This document shows positions 18,470-27,042 of a DNA stretch of 64,000 nt, piece after piece (the stretch's first letter is position 1; each line of letters opens with the position of its first letter). Source of the stretch: an uncultured virus (IMG/VR IMGVR_UViG_3300030376_004332). Taxonomy: Duplodnaviria > Heunggongvirae > Uroviricota > Caudoviricetes. Both the position numbers and the translations under genes were made by a program. The stretch is from IMG/VR virus record IMGVR_UViG_3300030376_004332. One strand, given 5' to 3'. The notes beneath the pieces are model-generated. The model was not told where the DNA came from and did not search any database. It saw only the letters and a list, made by a program, of their open reading frames with translations.

Positions 18470-19640
18470 AAAAGCCACACCCCACGGGTGGCGTACCCAA
18501 CACACAGTAACTACACAGCTCCCAGAACTTACCCAGTAAGCGTCTCGTAATAAGCGGTTACGGAATCCTGATTCATGGTTAATGGTTCATGTTGCAAGCG
18601 TTGACCTCAGAACCCTGATCCCTGTAGCCTGAATCATAACTAATGAATCAGGAATCCTTAGAGCTAAGTAACAGGAAGAGCTACACCGTTGTCCATCCCC
18701 ATTTTTGCTATGGAATAGAACAAAAATATGGGGATGGCCCATTAAGCAATAATACGAAATAATTTACTGAGGTCTCAGTAAATTATTCCATTATTGCATA
18801 CTGGCACTACGCTACGCCTTTTAATTGGCTTTTCTTTTTCCCGATAGTTAGTTGTTTGTTTTATGCATTATGTTAGACCGCCCCTCCCTACCCCCTACCA
18901 CCCTACCGCCCTGACTACCTACCAGCCTCCCCCCACCACGAGGCTTTAAAAGCTCATTAATCATTCGCTTCTAAAGCCTCTACTCCTCTTCACCAGTGAA
19001 GAGGTGTCTAACATAATCAAAAACAAACAATTTATATTGGAGTGAGTGGCTTAAACCACTCACCTGTCGGAAGGACACGTTCGTCACCAAGGCGTGGATT
19101 CGTCGTACTTCGAGCATTAATGATAGCTATGAGTTGCTTGGTGCGCCAACGAATCCACGCCTTGTACCTGCTCAAAACTAGGTGCTCCGCTGTTCTGTTA
19201 GAATTTGGCATAAAATTCGCAGATTTAATGCTAGTATGCCCTCCCATTCTAGGCTTTTTAATTGTGTTATCAGCAAGTTCAAAAGGACTGCCGTCATATG
19301 TTTTTCAAACTTGCTGCTAACACAACCGTAATTGGTTCGCAAAGCTGGTGAGCATTCTTATACAACCTGAACCAATTACTTTAAAAAGCATTGACGACAA
19401 TGTATCCAAACAGGTGTCCTCACTTTCCCATCGACACCTGTTTGGATACCTTGTCTTTAGAGGGAACACCCGATTAATGAAGATTTATACAAAATTCTAA
19501 CAGAACATCAAAGCCAATTTATATGGAAGTGGATTCTCTATCGTTCATCCACCAAGTAAGATCTTGTCAAGGCACTCAGCCCCCGCCTTACCCCCTTCGG
19601 CCTTGACAAGATCAGTTCGCAGGTGACTCGATTTATAATC
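18470..19640. other. Non-coding strand-switch region with at least 9 inverted repeats and a C-rich tract (candidate origin, genome end or ncRNA)
   Basis: Inverted repeats at about 18693-18737, 18746-18797, 18940-18980, 18986-19003, 19089-19163, 19264-19323, 19328-19379, 19396-19455 and 19560-19611. Confidence 0.7.
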
Positions 19641-19701
19641 AAAGATTGAGAAATCGATGAGAAAAATAAAATTAAACTTAACTAAATATAAAATAACTAA
19701 T

Positions 19702-20085
19702 ATGGCAACTACAAGACCAACATTCGACACTGACAATGAGAACTTCAACTACAGCTCAAACCAAGGGTACATTGAAGTAGATATAACTAAATATCCGATA
19801 GATAAGTTATCATATGAGACTTATACGGACCAAGACGGTAATGAACAAACAGCAGTAAAACTCAAGTTAATCTACTTCCCTTGCGACAACCAGCAGGTCA
19901 GAAGATCTGCAACACACAGCTTACTTCCAAACTTAACTAAAGAGGAGAATGCTGAAAGGAAAAAGAACAATGACCTGCCTAAGTTCTGCGGAACCAAATC
20001 AGAATTAAAACTAAGAAGTAACAAGACCAGTCAGGGACTCCCTGAAGGTAAAGCACTTACGGACTTCATAGGTAAAAACGCATAA
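19702..20085 (+). CDS. First early gene, hypothetical (possibly OB-fold/ssDNA-binding-like)
   Basis: ATG after an A-rich leader (ATAACTAATATG); function is a guess. Confidence 0.6.
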   Translation: MATTRPTFDTDNENFNYSSNQGYIEVDITKYPIDKLSYETYTDQDGNEQTAVKLKLIYFPCDNQQVRRSATHSLLPNLTKEENAERKKNNDLPKFCGTKSELKLRSNKTSQGLPEGKALTDFIGKNA

Positions 20086-20143
20086 CATAACTAAAGGGGC
20101 TCACTGGTAACTCAGTGAGTCCCTAACTTCAAAACTAAATACT

Positions 20144-20335
20144 ATGTACATAGAACAAAATACACTCTTACTACTCGCAATCATCATAACAATACTAAGT
20201 GGAGTATCCATATCATCCGCAATCACCAAAGGAATAAAACTCAAGTGGGAACAACAAAAGTATCTGAGACTTAAACGACATTATTCATCTCTATACAACA
20301 AACACTACAAAGCTACAAAAAAACAATCAAAATAA
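20144..20335 (+). CDS. Small single-TM early protein
   Basis: Hydrophobic N-terminus, basic tail; ACTATG start context. Confidence 0.7.
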   Translation: MYIEQNTLLLLAIIITILSGVSISSAITKGIKLKWEQQKYLRLKRHYSSLYNKHYKATKKQSK

Positions 20336-20337
20336 CT

Positions 20338-20634
20338 ATGAAAGACGAACCAATACTACCAACAATCCATCTAAATGGAACATCTAAAACTACATTGCTA
20401 CATGACTACTATCAAATAGCAATATCAATAGAAAAGCTAACTGAAAAAATATCAGCATCTACATTTCATGGTCGAGACTACTACCCACAAGATGAAGACC
20501 CCATCAAAGATGCTCTAATGGATACCAATGCATTCGCAATGGCACACAATCAAAGAAATTTACACCTTCAAAACATACATGACTTCGGAGTGTACATCGC
20601 TAACCACATCAACCACATCTTAGAACAAGAATAA
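20338..20634 (+). CDS. Hypothetical early protein
   Basis: PTIHLNGTS...HGRDYYPQ motif; ACTATG start. Confidence 0.75.
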   Translation: MKDEPILPTIHLNGTSKTTLLHDYYQIAISIEKLTEKISASTFHGRDYYPQDEDPIKDALMDTNAFAMAHNQRNLHLQNIHDFGVYIANHINHILEQE

Positions 20635-20636
20635 CT

Positions 20637-20957
20637 ATGAAAACATACTGGACAACAAAACATTACCCACATGCAGTAGCCATTGACTTCTACGAACTTA
20701 TAAAAGCAATGGCATACCAATCAAACTTACATCTCAAACCAGAAAGGAGGTTAACAGAAGATGCTATTAACAAGTATCTAAAACACTATACACAATTCGG
20801 TAGGGATGTAGATGCTTACAGATTCTATAACCCATCATTCGAACACACCATTGACGTAGGTATACGCTTCAGCAACGAAGGTTCACATTACTTTAGTCCA
20901 CTACTCAAAAAAGAAGTAGCTAAAAAATTCAAACTAGATCCACTTAACCAAGATTAA
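20637..20957 (+). CDS. Hypothetical early protein
   Basis: Tightly packed ORF, ACTATG start. Confidence 0.7.
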   Translation: MKTYWTTKHYPHAVAIDFYELIKAMAYQSNLHLKPERRLTEDAINKYLKHYTQFGRDVDAYRFYNPSFEHTIDVGIRFSNEGSHYFSPLLKKEVAKKFKLDPLNQD

Positions 20958-20962
20958 TAACT

Positions 20963-21490
20963 ATGAAAAATAAACTACTAGCTCCATTCAGAGCAATCAA
21001 AAACAAGTTACTCGATGCAATCATCGAGCGAGCCAACATCACTGCAAATAAAGTTGCATTAGAAATAGCAGAAGAAAAAGACTTCTGCGAAACCACAGTA
21101 CAAATAGTCGGAGACAATCTGCTAGATAACAGTTCAACACTTGAGATCATTGCCGACGGTATGAACTATGGATCACTCGCATATGAAGTTGATCTTAGAC
21201 AACTAGCTGAATACATAGACCTTAATGATCTATCATATCAAGTAGCTGATCAATTCTCACCAACCGAAATTGCAGAACAATTTGATCCCTCTGATATCGC
21301 TGAACTAATACATGATCGTATGGAAGACATGGCTCCAGAATCAATACAAGAAGAACTAGAAAAACTTGATTCAAACATAAACGAATTGAAAGATCTCATG
21401 TATGAAGAAGTAAAACTCTCAACTGAGAAACTAAAGAAAACATCAAGCAGAGTAGCTGATCTACTACAAGAACTTGGAAGAGAATACTAA
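20963..21490 (+). CDS. Acidic early protein with short ~9-aa internal repeats
   Basis: D/SxxxLA/IAE repeats plus a coiled-coil tail. Confidence 0.7.
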   Translation: MKNKLLAPFRAIKNKLLDAIIERANITANKVALEIAEEKDFCETTVQIVGDNLLDNSSTLEIIADGMNYGSLAYEVDLRQLAEYIDLNDLSYQVADQFSPTEIAEQFDPSDIAELIHDRMEDMAPESIQEELEKLDSNINELKDLMYEEVKLSTEKLKKTSSRVADLLQELGREY

Positions 21491-21491
21491 C

Positions 21492-21683
21492 ATGGATAAC
21501 AAAAGAATATATCAAGTACATATGATCCATGCAAATGGTGATGAAAAAATACATGCATGGTTCACATACAAAGATGCATTAAAACATATAGAAGAAGAAA
21601 AGATAACAGCAAGAAAAAAACATAATAAAATAAGCTGTTATGAAATCATAGAAGATATACCAACCCCAGTAGAATACACTTAA
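21492..21683 (+). CDS. Hypothetical early protein
   Basis: ATG 1 nt after the previous stop. Confidence 0.65.
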   Translation: MDNKRIYQVHMIHANGDEKIHAWFTYKDALKHIEEEKITARKKHNKISCYEIIEDIPTPVEYT

Positions 21684-21753
21684 TAACAATTTTATGATGA
21701 TACAACTTCATCATAATCAACAACAAATAAATAAATACAAAATAATAAATACT

Positions 21754-22920
21754 ATGTCACATCAAATCGAACATACCGATACAGTCATGTCCACCAAAAA
21801 AGAATGGCACGGACGTGAAATAATAAAAGAAATACTATCAAAAGAAATCATTGATAGTGATCACCGCAATGTATATCACGATATACATGAAGGAACTGCA
21901 TATGCAGATGTAAACCCAGAGCTAAGACAAGAAATCTTAGACATCTCAGCAAAACAAGGTGGACTTCCACATTCCTCCATCATGGAGCTTATCAATACAT
22001 GGTCAGAGTGTCCTGAAAACAAGATACTCACCAGAGAATTTGAAGGCATCAGATACGGACTTGGAGTACCATCAACAAGATACAAATCAATACCTAACCA
22101 AAAACTAGTGCAAGCAGTATGCAATTCACTAGATGATGAAGGTATCGATTACAGTATACAAACATTAGGAACACTGAAGAACGCTAAGTTATTCTTCTCA
22201 TCAATAGAAATTGCAGACGATGCAGAACGATTGATCAACGGAGATAACTTCCAGTTCTACTTAAACCTACTACAATCACATGATGGTTCATATGCAATGA
22301 CAATGTTTGATTCAAACACAAGAGTTGTATGTGCAAACACGTTTAAATATGCATTGTCAGATCAAGGTGACTTATCAATCAAGATAAAGAAAACATCTAA
22401 TGCAGATCTTAGACTTGATGAAGCAGGACGTACCATTGCTAATATCTACAAAGGCAGAGATCAATTCGTCCATATGATGAATAAGTTCGCTGAAGTAGCA
22501 TGTGATAACAAAAAAGCTGAGGCACTAATATCTGCATACAAAGGCATCAAAGTAGATCCTAACACAATCATGTCTACTAGAGCCTTCAATCAAATTGTAG
22601 ATGTAGCATACCTACACGAAAATGGTATAGGTAACAAAGGTCAAACACTATATGATCTCTTCAATGCAGTTACTCAATACTACACAAGTGGAGAAGGTAC
22701 AGGACATGATGATGGTACAGAATCTAGATCATGGAAAAAGTACACATCAAGTGAGTTCGGAGCTGGTGCAGATGCAAAAGCAGGATTCGCAAAGTGGCTA
22801 TCACAAGTAGTTGATGACAGAGAACTAGACTATCATGCACAGATAGGACACAACCTATTATCAACTAAGCAAGAAACACTTCCTGCAACATACTTCAACC
22901 CAAAGATGATCAAAGCATAA
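21754..22920 (+). CDS. DUF932 family protein
   Basis: WHG, RY..IPN, SHDGS, RVVCANT and LYDLFNAVT.Y motifs. Confidence 0.85.
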   Translation: MSHQIEHTDTVMSTKKEWHGREIIKEILSKEIIDSDHRNVYHDIHEGTAYADVNPELRQEILDISAKQGGLPHSSIMELINTWSECPENKILTREFEGIRYGLGVPSTRYKSIPNQKLVQAVCNSLDDEGIDYSIQTLGTLKNAKLFFSSIEIADDAERLINGDNFQFYLNLLQSHDGSYAMTMFDSNTRVVCANTFKYALSDQGDLSIKIKKTSNADLRLDEAGRTIANIYKGRDQFVHMMNKFAEVACDNKKAEALISAYKGIKVDPNTIMSTRAFNQIVDVAYLHENGIGNKGQTLYDLFNAVTQYYTSGEGTGHDDGTESRSWKKYTSSEFGAGADAKAGFAKWLSQVVDDRELDYHAQIGHNLLSTKQETLPATYFNPKMIKA

Positions 22921-22997
22921 TGGGAGCAGTCATAATATGGTCACTCATGTGGCTAATAATAGTATGTATTGCATTCATCGTAGTTGAATCAAAATAA
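22920..22997 (+). CDS. 25-aa transmembrane peptide (not in the ORF track)
   Basis: MGAVIIWSLMWLIIVCIAFIVVESK*; TAATG-coupled to the DUF932 gene. Confidence 0.55.
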   Translation: MGAVIIWSLMWLIIVCIAFIVVESK

Positions 22998-23044
22998 AAA
23001 CCAAGGGGGGAGGCAACTCCCCCCGCATTCTAAATATAAAAACT

Positions 23045-23359
23045 ATGTTAACTAACATATCACCAAAAGACGCATACAAAATAGTAAAAGAATGGCACAT
23101 AGCCAATGGTTGGAAAGAACATGCGCTAATATATCTATTCCAAGCAGAATGGGAAAGACATGAAGGAAGACCTGTAGATCTACATGACAGTATAGTCTAC
23201 TGGTCACACTATGAGTCACTCAAAGAAGTAATGCGAGACTACCCAGAAGATTGGGAAGCCTTCATAAGCGATGGCTACTCATTCAAAGTACTAGCCGAAA
23301 TCGGAGACGAAGAAGCAGATGCTAACGGGCAAAAACTAGAATACCTAATACAAGACTAA
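23045..23359 (+). CDS. Acidic hypothetical early protein
   Basis: ACTATG start after a GCAA-loop hairpin. Confidence 0.7.
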   Translation: MLTNISPKDAYKIVKEWHIANGWKEHALIYLFQAEWERHEGRPVDLHDSIVYWSHYESLKEVMRDYPEDWEAFISDGYSFKVLAEIGDEEADANGQKLEYLIQD

Positions 23360-23391
23360 TACTTAGGGGGTGAAAGTCCCCCACTTTCAAA

Positions 23392-24087
23392 ATGAGATTA
23401 CTTACAATAGACAATCACAAAATAAACAAAAGCAAAGAGTATGGCTGGATGACATTCGGACTACACCTAGCTCCACATACACAATCAGGATACAACGTAT
23501 GCCCACACGCAAGTAAAGGATGTGCAGAAGCATGTCTTAACACAGCAGGTAGAGGACGTATGAACATGGTACAAGATGCTAGAATACGTAAAACAAAAAT
23601 GTTCAAAGAAGGTAAAGCAAACTTCCTACACTTCTTACAAAAAGATATTGATATGGCTAAAAGAAAAGCCAACAAAGAAAATCTAAAGCCTTGCTTCAGA
23701 CTCAATCTAACAAGCGACATATCATGGGAAAGATACAAAGTAATAGAAAATAACCCAGACGTACAATTCTACGACTACACTAAAAACCATGTAAGAGCAC
23801 TAAAGTTTGCTAACAAAGAACTACCTAACAACTACCACTTAACATTCTCAAGATCAGAAAAACACAAGGTAGAGTTCATACAAAGCATGGTAAACTTCGG
23901 TGTAAACGTAGCTGTTGTATTCAACAAAAACCTACAACAAAACGGAGAAGATGGATGGCAAGACATGATAACTCTCAACGGAGATAAACATGACCTACGC
24001 TTCCTAGATAAACCAAACAGAATAGTAGCACTAAAAGCAAAAGGAAATGCTATCAAAGATACATCAGGATTCACAATCAACATATAA
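23392..24087 (+). CDS. GP88 (gene 88) family Cys-cluster protein
   Basis: CPHASKGCAEACL, RLNLTSD, QFYDYTK, NYHLTFSRSE, GDKHDLRFLD motifs. Confidence 0.85.
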   Translation: MRLLTIDNHKINKSKEYGWMTFGLHLAPHTQSGYNVCPHASKGCAEACLNTAGRGRMNMVQDARIRKTKMFKEGKANFLHFLQKDIDMAKRKANKENLKPCFRLNLTSDISWERYKVIENNPDVQFYDYTKNHVRALKFANKELPNNYHLTFSRSEKHKVEFIQSMVNFGVNVAVVFNKNLQQNGEDGWQDMITLNGDKHDLRFLDKPNRIVALKAKGNAIKDTSGFTINI

Positions 24088-24103
24088 CCAATACAATATT
24101 ACA

Positions 24104-24138
24104 GAACCTACTAAGATTAATTTCTTAGTAGGTTTTTT
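24104..24138 (+). terminator. Intrinsic terminator ending the early operon
   Basis: AACCTACTAAGA-loop-TCTTAGTAGGTT followed by a T tract. Confidence 0.85.
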
Positions 24139-24421
24139 TATAATCAATACATATTTTCTACGCTCGCTATCGCTCGCATTGGTTTTGAGCGGGGCATTAG
24201 GCATCTGAGATTTAATTTTAAAATACATACAGTTTATTCACCCCCTATGTTTACGGGGCAAGTAGGCATCTGAGACTTGAGCCCTGTACCATGAGTCATA
24301 AAGGGGGGTAGGGTTTGAGAGTTTCATCACCCCCCTTTATAGGAATAGGCAGATAGTTTTTAGTGTGCATACGTCCCGAAAAAAAGGTGTGCACTAATTG
24401 AAAATAATTGAAGAAAAAGTC

Positions 24422-24450
24422 TTGACTCATTATTCATCATGGAGTAAGAT
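24422..24450 (+). promoter_or_regulatory. Strong sigma70-like promoter
   Basis: TTGACT-17nt-TAAGAT with an A-rich upstream element; 15-bp hairpin at 24479-24521 in the leader. Confidence 0.75.
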
Positions 24451-24543
24451 GGGGTTCCGTTATCAAACAGGAAACACAGCTCCTCTTAGGTAGTTCTTAT
24501 ACGGCTCTATCTAAGAGGGGCATTAATTCAAAACAAAATAACT

Positions 24544-24927
24544 ATGAAAAAAGAAACTAAATATGAATCGGTCGTATGGGATTTGTCCTATGCGTTAGCA
24601 GATGAGAATGGAGATTATAAGCATGACGCTTATGGTAGGGTTATGGTATACGATTATCCAGAAGATGATTGTTCTATCATTGAGCTACCTGAACCAGACA
24701 AGTTAGCATGGAGAGATGATCATTATGATTATTCTTTTGCACCTCATAGCGAGATAGGAATTGTTTTATCTAAAGGAGATGTAGATCCAGACAATGAGTT
24801 AACAGAGATTCAATGGCGTGAGTGTGTCGGTCGATTCAACAGGGGCAAGGTTGATATAGGATCTATCGTAGAAGAAATACAAGATGCCTGTGAAGTAATC
24901 GTAAAGGAGATGGAGGTATCGAAATGA
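24544..24927 (+). CDS. Acidic hypothetical protein
   Basis: 127-aa ORF ending EVSK. Confidence 0.7.
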   Translation: MKKETKYESVVWDLSYALADENGDYKHDAYGRVMVYDYPEDDCSIIELPEPDKLAWRDDHYDYSFAPHSEIGIVLSKGDVDPDNELTEIQWRECVGRFNRGKVDIGSIVEEIQDACEVIVKEMEVSK

Positions 24928-25079
24928 ATAGCGAGAAGATCTTTTCTGTAGATATCAAACATACTGAGACTGGTATACACTTTAAGTGTAAGGAAGAAGA
25001 CTTAGAAGATTGTGTGCAGGAGTACATAAGAAATAATACTAATGATCTAGACTGGACTTATGAGGAGGTATCGAAATGA
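24924..25079 (+). CDS. 51-aa hypothetical protein (not in the ORF track)
   Basis: GGAGG SD plus ATGA overlap at both ends; MNSEKIFSVDIK...YEEVSK*. Confidence 0.75.
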   Translation: MNSEKIFSVDIKHTETGIHFKCKEEDLEDCVQEYIRNNTNDLDWTYEEVSK

Positions 25080-25309
25080 AAACAAGGGTGCATATAAACC
25101 AACACAAGATCCGTAGCAATGCGAAGACAGGAGACAGAGAGCCTGTCATTACAGTCAAGACATACAAGGACAATACCTATTGTCATTCAGTAGATATAAC
25201 TGAGCCCTGTACTATTATCTATTCACCAGACAAACCGTTATCGTGTGGTGCTAAAGTGTGGATCGAGACAGAGGGACAAGTAATCTGTAACGAAGGGGCA
25301 ACGGTATGA
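25076..25309 (+). CDS. Conserved phage hypothetical protein
   Basis: HINQHKIRSN...PVITVK...KPLSCGAKVWIET motif; GGAGG SD. Confidence 0.8.
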   Translation: MKTRVHINQHKIRSNAKTGDREPVITVKTYKDNTYCHSVDITEPCTIIYSPDKPLSCGAKVWIETEGQVICNEGATV

Positions 25310-25539
25310 ATAACCCACTGGTAGTAGAAGTAGAAACTAAAGATGGTTCTGTTAGGAACGTGATCCTGACTCAAGGTTCAGACATCAAGAACTTCTTTAG
25401 GATAGACGATAACATCTCTTACTTCTTTGATAGAGATGAAGCCACCGAACCAAACGACCTATTAGGTCAGGCGGTTTTTGGAATGATGGAACACGAAGGA
25501 GATATCATAACTAAAATAATAGATTACGCAGAAGTATAA
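25306..25539 (+). CDS. Hypothetical protein
   Basis: ATGA overlap with the previous gene. Confidence 0.7.
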   Translation: MNNPLVVEVETKDGSVRNVILTQGSDIKNFFRIDDNISYFFDRDEATEPNDLLGQAVFGMMEHEGDIITKIIDYAEV

Positions 25540-25541
25540 AT

Positions 25542-25751
25542 ATGCAAATTCAAATGGGGAGAGTATCCCAAACAGATAGATATTGTAGTAGTCCTAGTCA
25601 GGATCATAAATGGGAAACCATTGCTAGTGGAAATAAGTCAGAGGCTATTGAACAGTTCCTTGATTTTCTAAACGATAGGAGTTCTGATGATGACTTCAGT
25701 ATAGACAACTGGTGGTTCAGAACTAAAGCAGATAAGGAGGTATCAAAATAA
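25542..25751 (+). CDS. Hypothetical protein
   Basis: 69-aa ORF ending EVSK, coupled to the next gene. Confidence 0.65.
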   Translation: MQIQMGRVSQTDRYCSSPSQDHKWETIASGNKSEAIEQFLDFLNDRSSDDDFSIDNWWFRTKADKEVSK

Positions 25752-26140
25752 TGGCTACAGATTTAAACAAAGCAATACACAGAGCTGTCGAGATAGATGG
25801 CGAATCATATGTTGTTTCATTAGAACCTAACCCACCGAGGGTTACGCTCAGAAAGAAACGCCATAAGAACTTAGCTAGTGAAACCCCCCTATCAGAATTA
25901 CTAGAGGAGGATGAAAGGGAAACTCATATGACTGAGAGGGATTGGGAATCGTTAGGTAAATATAAACCATCTGATATAGATTACATTCATCCGAGTGACC
26001 TAAAGATGTGGGCGAAGTACAGCTATCCAAAGTTTAATGACGCATGGCTCAAGTACCAGTCAGTAGTAAAGAAGAAACAACTAGCCGATATCCTGTGGCA
26101 TACAGACGGCTCAATAGAAATATCAGTTAGACCAGAGTAG
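25751..26140 (+). CDS. Hypothetical protein
   Basis: AAGGAGG SD, TAATG coupling. Confidence 0.7.
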   Translation: MATDLNKAIHRAVEIDGESYVVSLEPNPPRVTLRKKRHKNLASETPLSELLEEDERETHMTERDWESLGKYKPSDIDYIHPSDLKMWAKYSYPKFNDAWLKYQSVVKKKQLADILWHTDGSIEISVRPE

Positions 26141-26141
26141 T

Positions 26142-26372
26142 ATGAATAAATCACAAAGGAATGCGAAAGCAAAAGCAAAAGGTTTACGTAATGCGAGACG
26201 TAAAAATAAAGTAAATAAAATTAAAAATACGGAAAAGAAAACTCCTACTTATAGCACTGAGGAAGCATCCATAGCAGATTGTCGTGGTCTGAATATCTCG
26301 ACTGGCACTAAATATATGCTCAATCCATTCCTTAAATTTAGTCGCTTTGCAACTGTTAAAAAAAGAAGATGA
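26142..26372 (+). CDS. Basic hypothetical protein
   Basis: Tightly packed ORF. Confidence 0.55.
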   Translation: MNKSQRNAKAKAKGLRNARRKNKVNKIKNTEKKTPTYSTEEASIADCRGLNISTGTKYMLNPFLKFSRFATVKKRR

Positions 26373-26566
26373 TATACCCGATACTAATAATAGGTGTTTA
26401 CCTATCTGTAATAATAATTTGTTTCCGTCTTTTACAGAAGATGAAGGAACAAGAACAGGAGCTACGCAAACACTATGAGCGTACGCTAGAATATAAACGG
26501 AGACTGAATAACTTATCAGAAAGAATGGAGGAACTAAACGATGCCGAGCAATCACATATCAAATGA
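26369..26566 (+). CDS. Single-TM plus coiled-coil protein
   Basis: Hydrophobic N-terminus; ATGA overlap. Confidence 0.65.
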   Translation: MIYPILIIGVYLSVIIICFRLLQKMKEQEQELRKHYERTLEYKRRLNNLSERMEELNDAEQSHIK

Positions 26567-26783
26567 ACCATACCATGAGTGGCTACGAGATGTAGTCGCA
26601 AGCAAACCTAAATTATTCACGCATGATTTCAGCGTCATGTTTTCAGTAGACTCCCTGCACCTTGATCCTTGGCTCATTGACGATGAAGTATTGGTAGCGT
26701 ACCTGTACAAGAGGATCAAGGAAGCTAGAGAGAGTGGGGCTTTCAAGGATATATTAGAACACGAACAAACAATAGAGGAATAA
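26541..26783 (+). CDS. Hypothetical protein
   Basis: GGAGG upstream of the ATG. Confidence 0.7.
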   Translation: MPSNHISNEPYHEWLRDVVASKPKLFTHDFSVMFSVDSLHLDPWLIDDEVLVAYLYKRIKEARESGAFKDILEHEQTIEE

Positions 26784-26784
26784 G

Positions 26785-27015
26785 ATGACAATAGTATTTG
26801 GAGTATTAGTTTGGCTATTATTAATAGCCTTTGTATTAAAGTTCTTTGCAGTTACCTCTGAGATAAAAAGAACTTACCGTGACTACGAAGGAAGGATGTA
26901 TGAAATGATGTGTCCTTGTGGTAACACGATTGAAGTAGCTCATTTAAAATGGGAAGCTATCAAGTGTCCTGAGTGTGGTGCGTGTTATAATAAAAAAGAA
27001 TTTAGAATTAAATAG
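26785..27015 (+). CDS. TM-anchored zinc-ribbon protein
   Basis: N-terminal TM segment; CPCG and CPECG motifs. Confidence 0.7.
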   Translation: MTIVFGVLVWLLLIAFVLKFFAVTSEIKRTYRDYEGRMYEMMCPCGNTIEVAHLKWEAIKCPECGACYNKKEFRIK

Positions 27016-27042
27016 TTTATCCACTGCACCCTGTATCCCGAA

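Noticed and set aside
19032..19748. ORFs 19032-, 19042+ and 19545- in the hairpin region
   Set aside because: No protein-like features or start context; they overlap long inverted repeats
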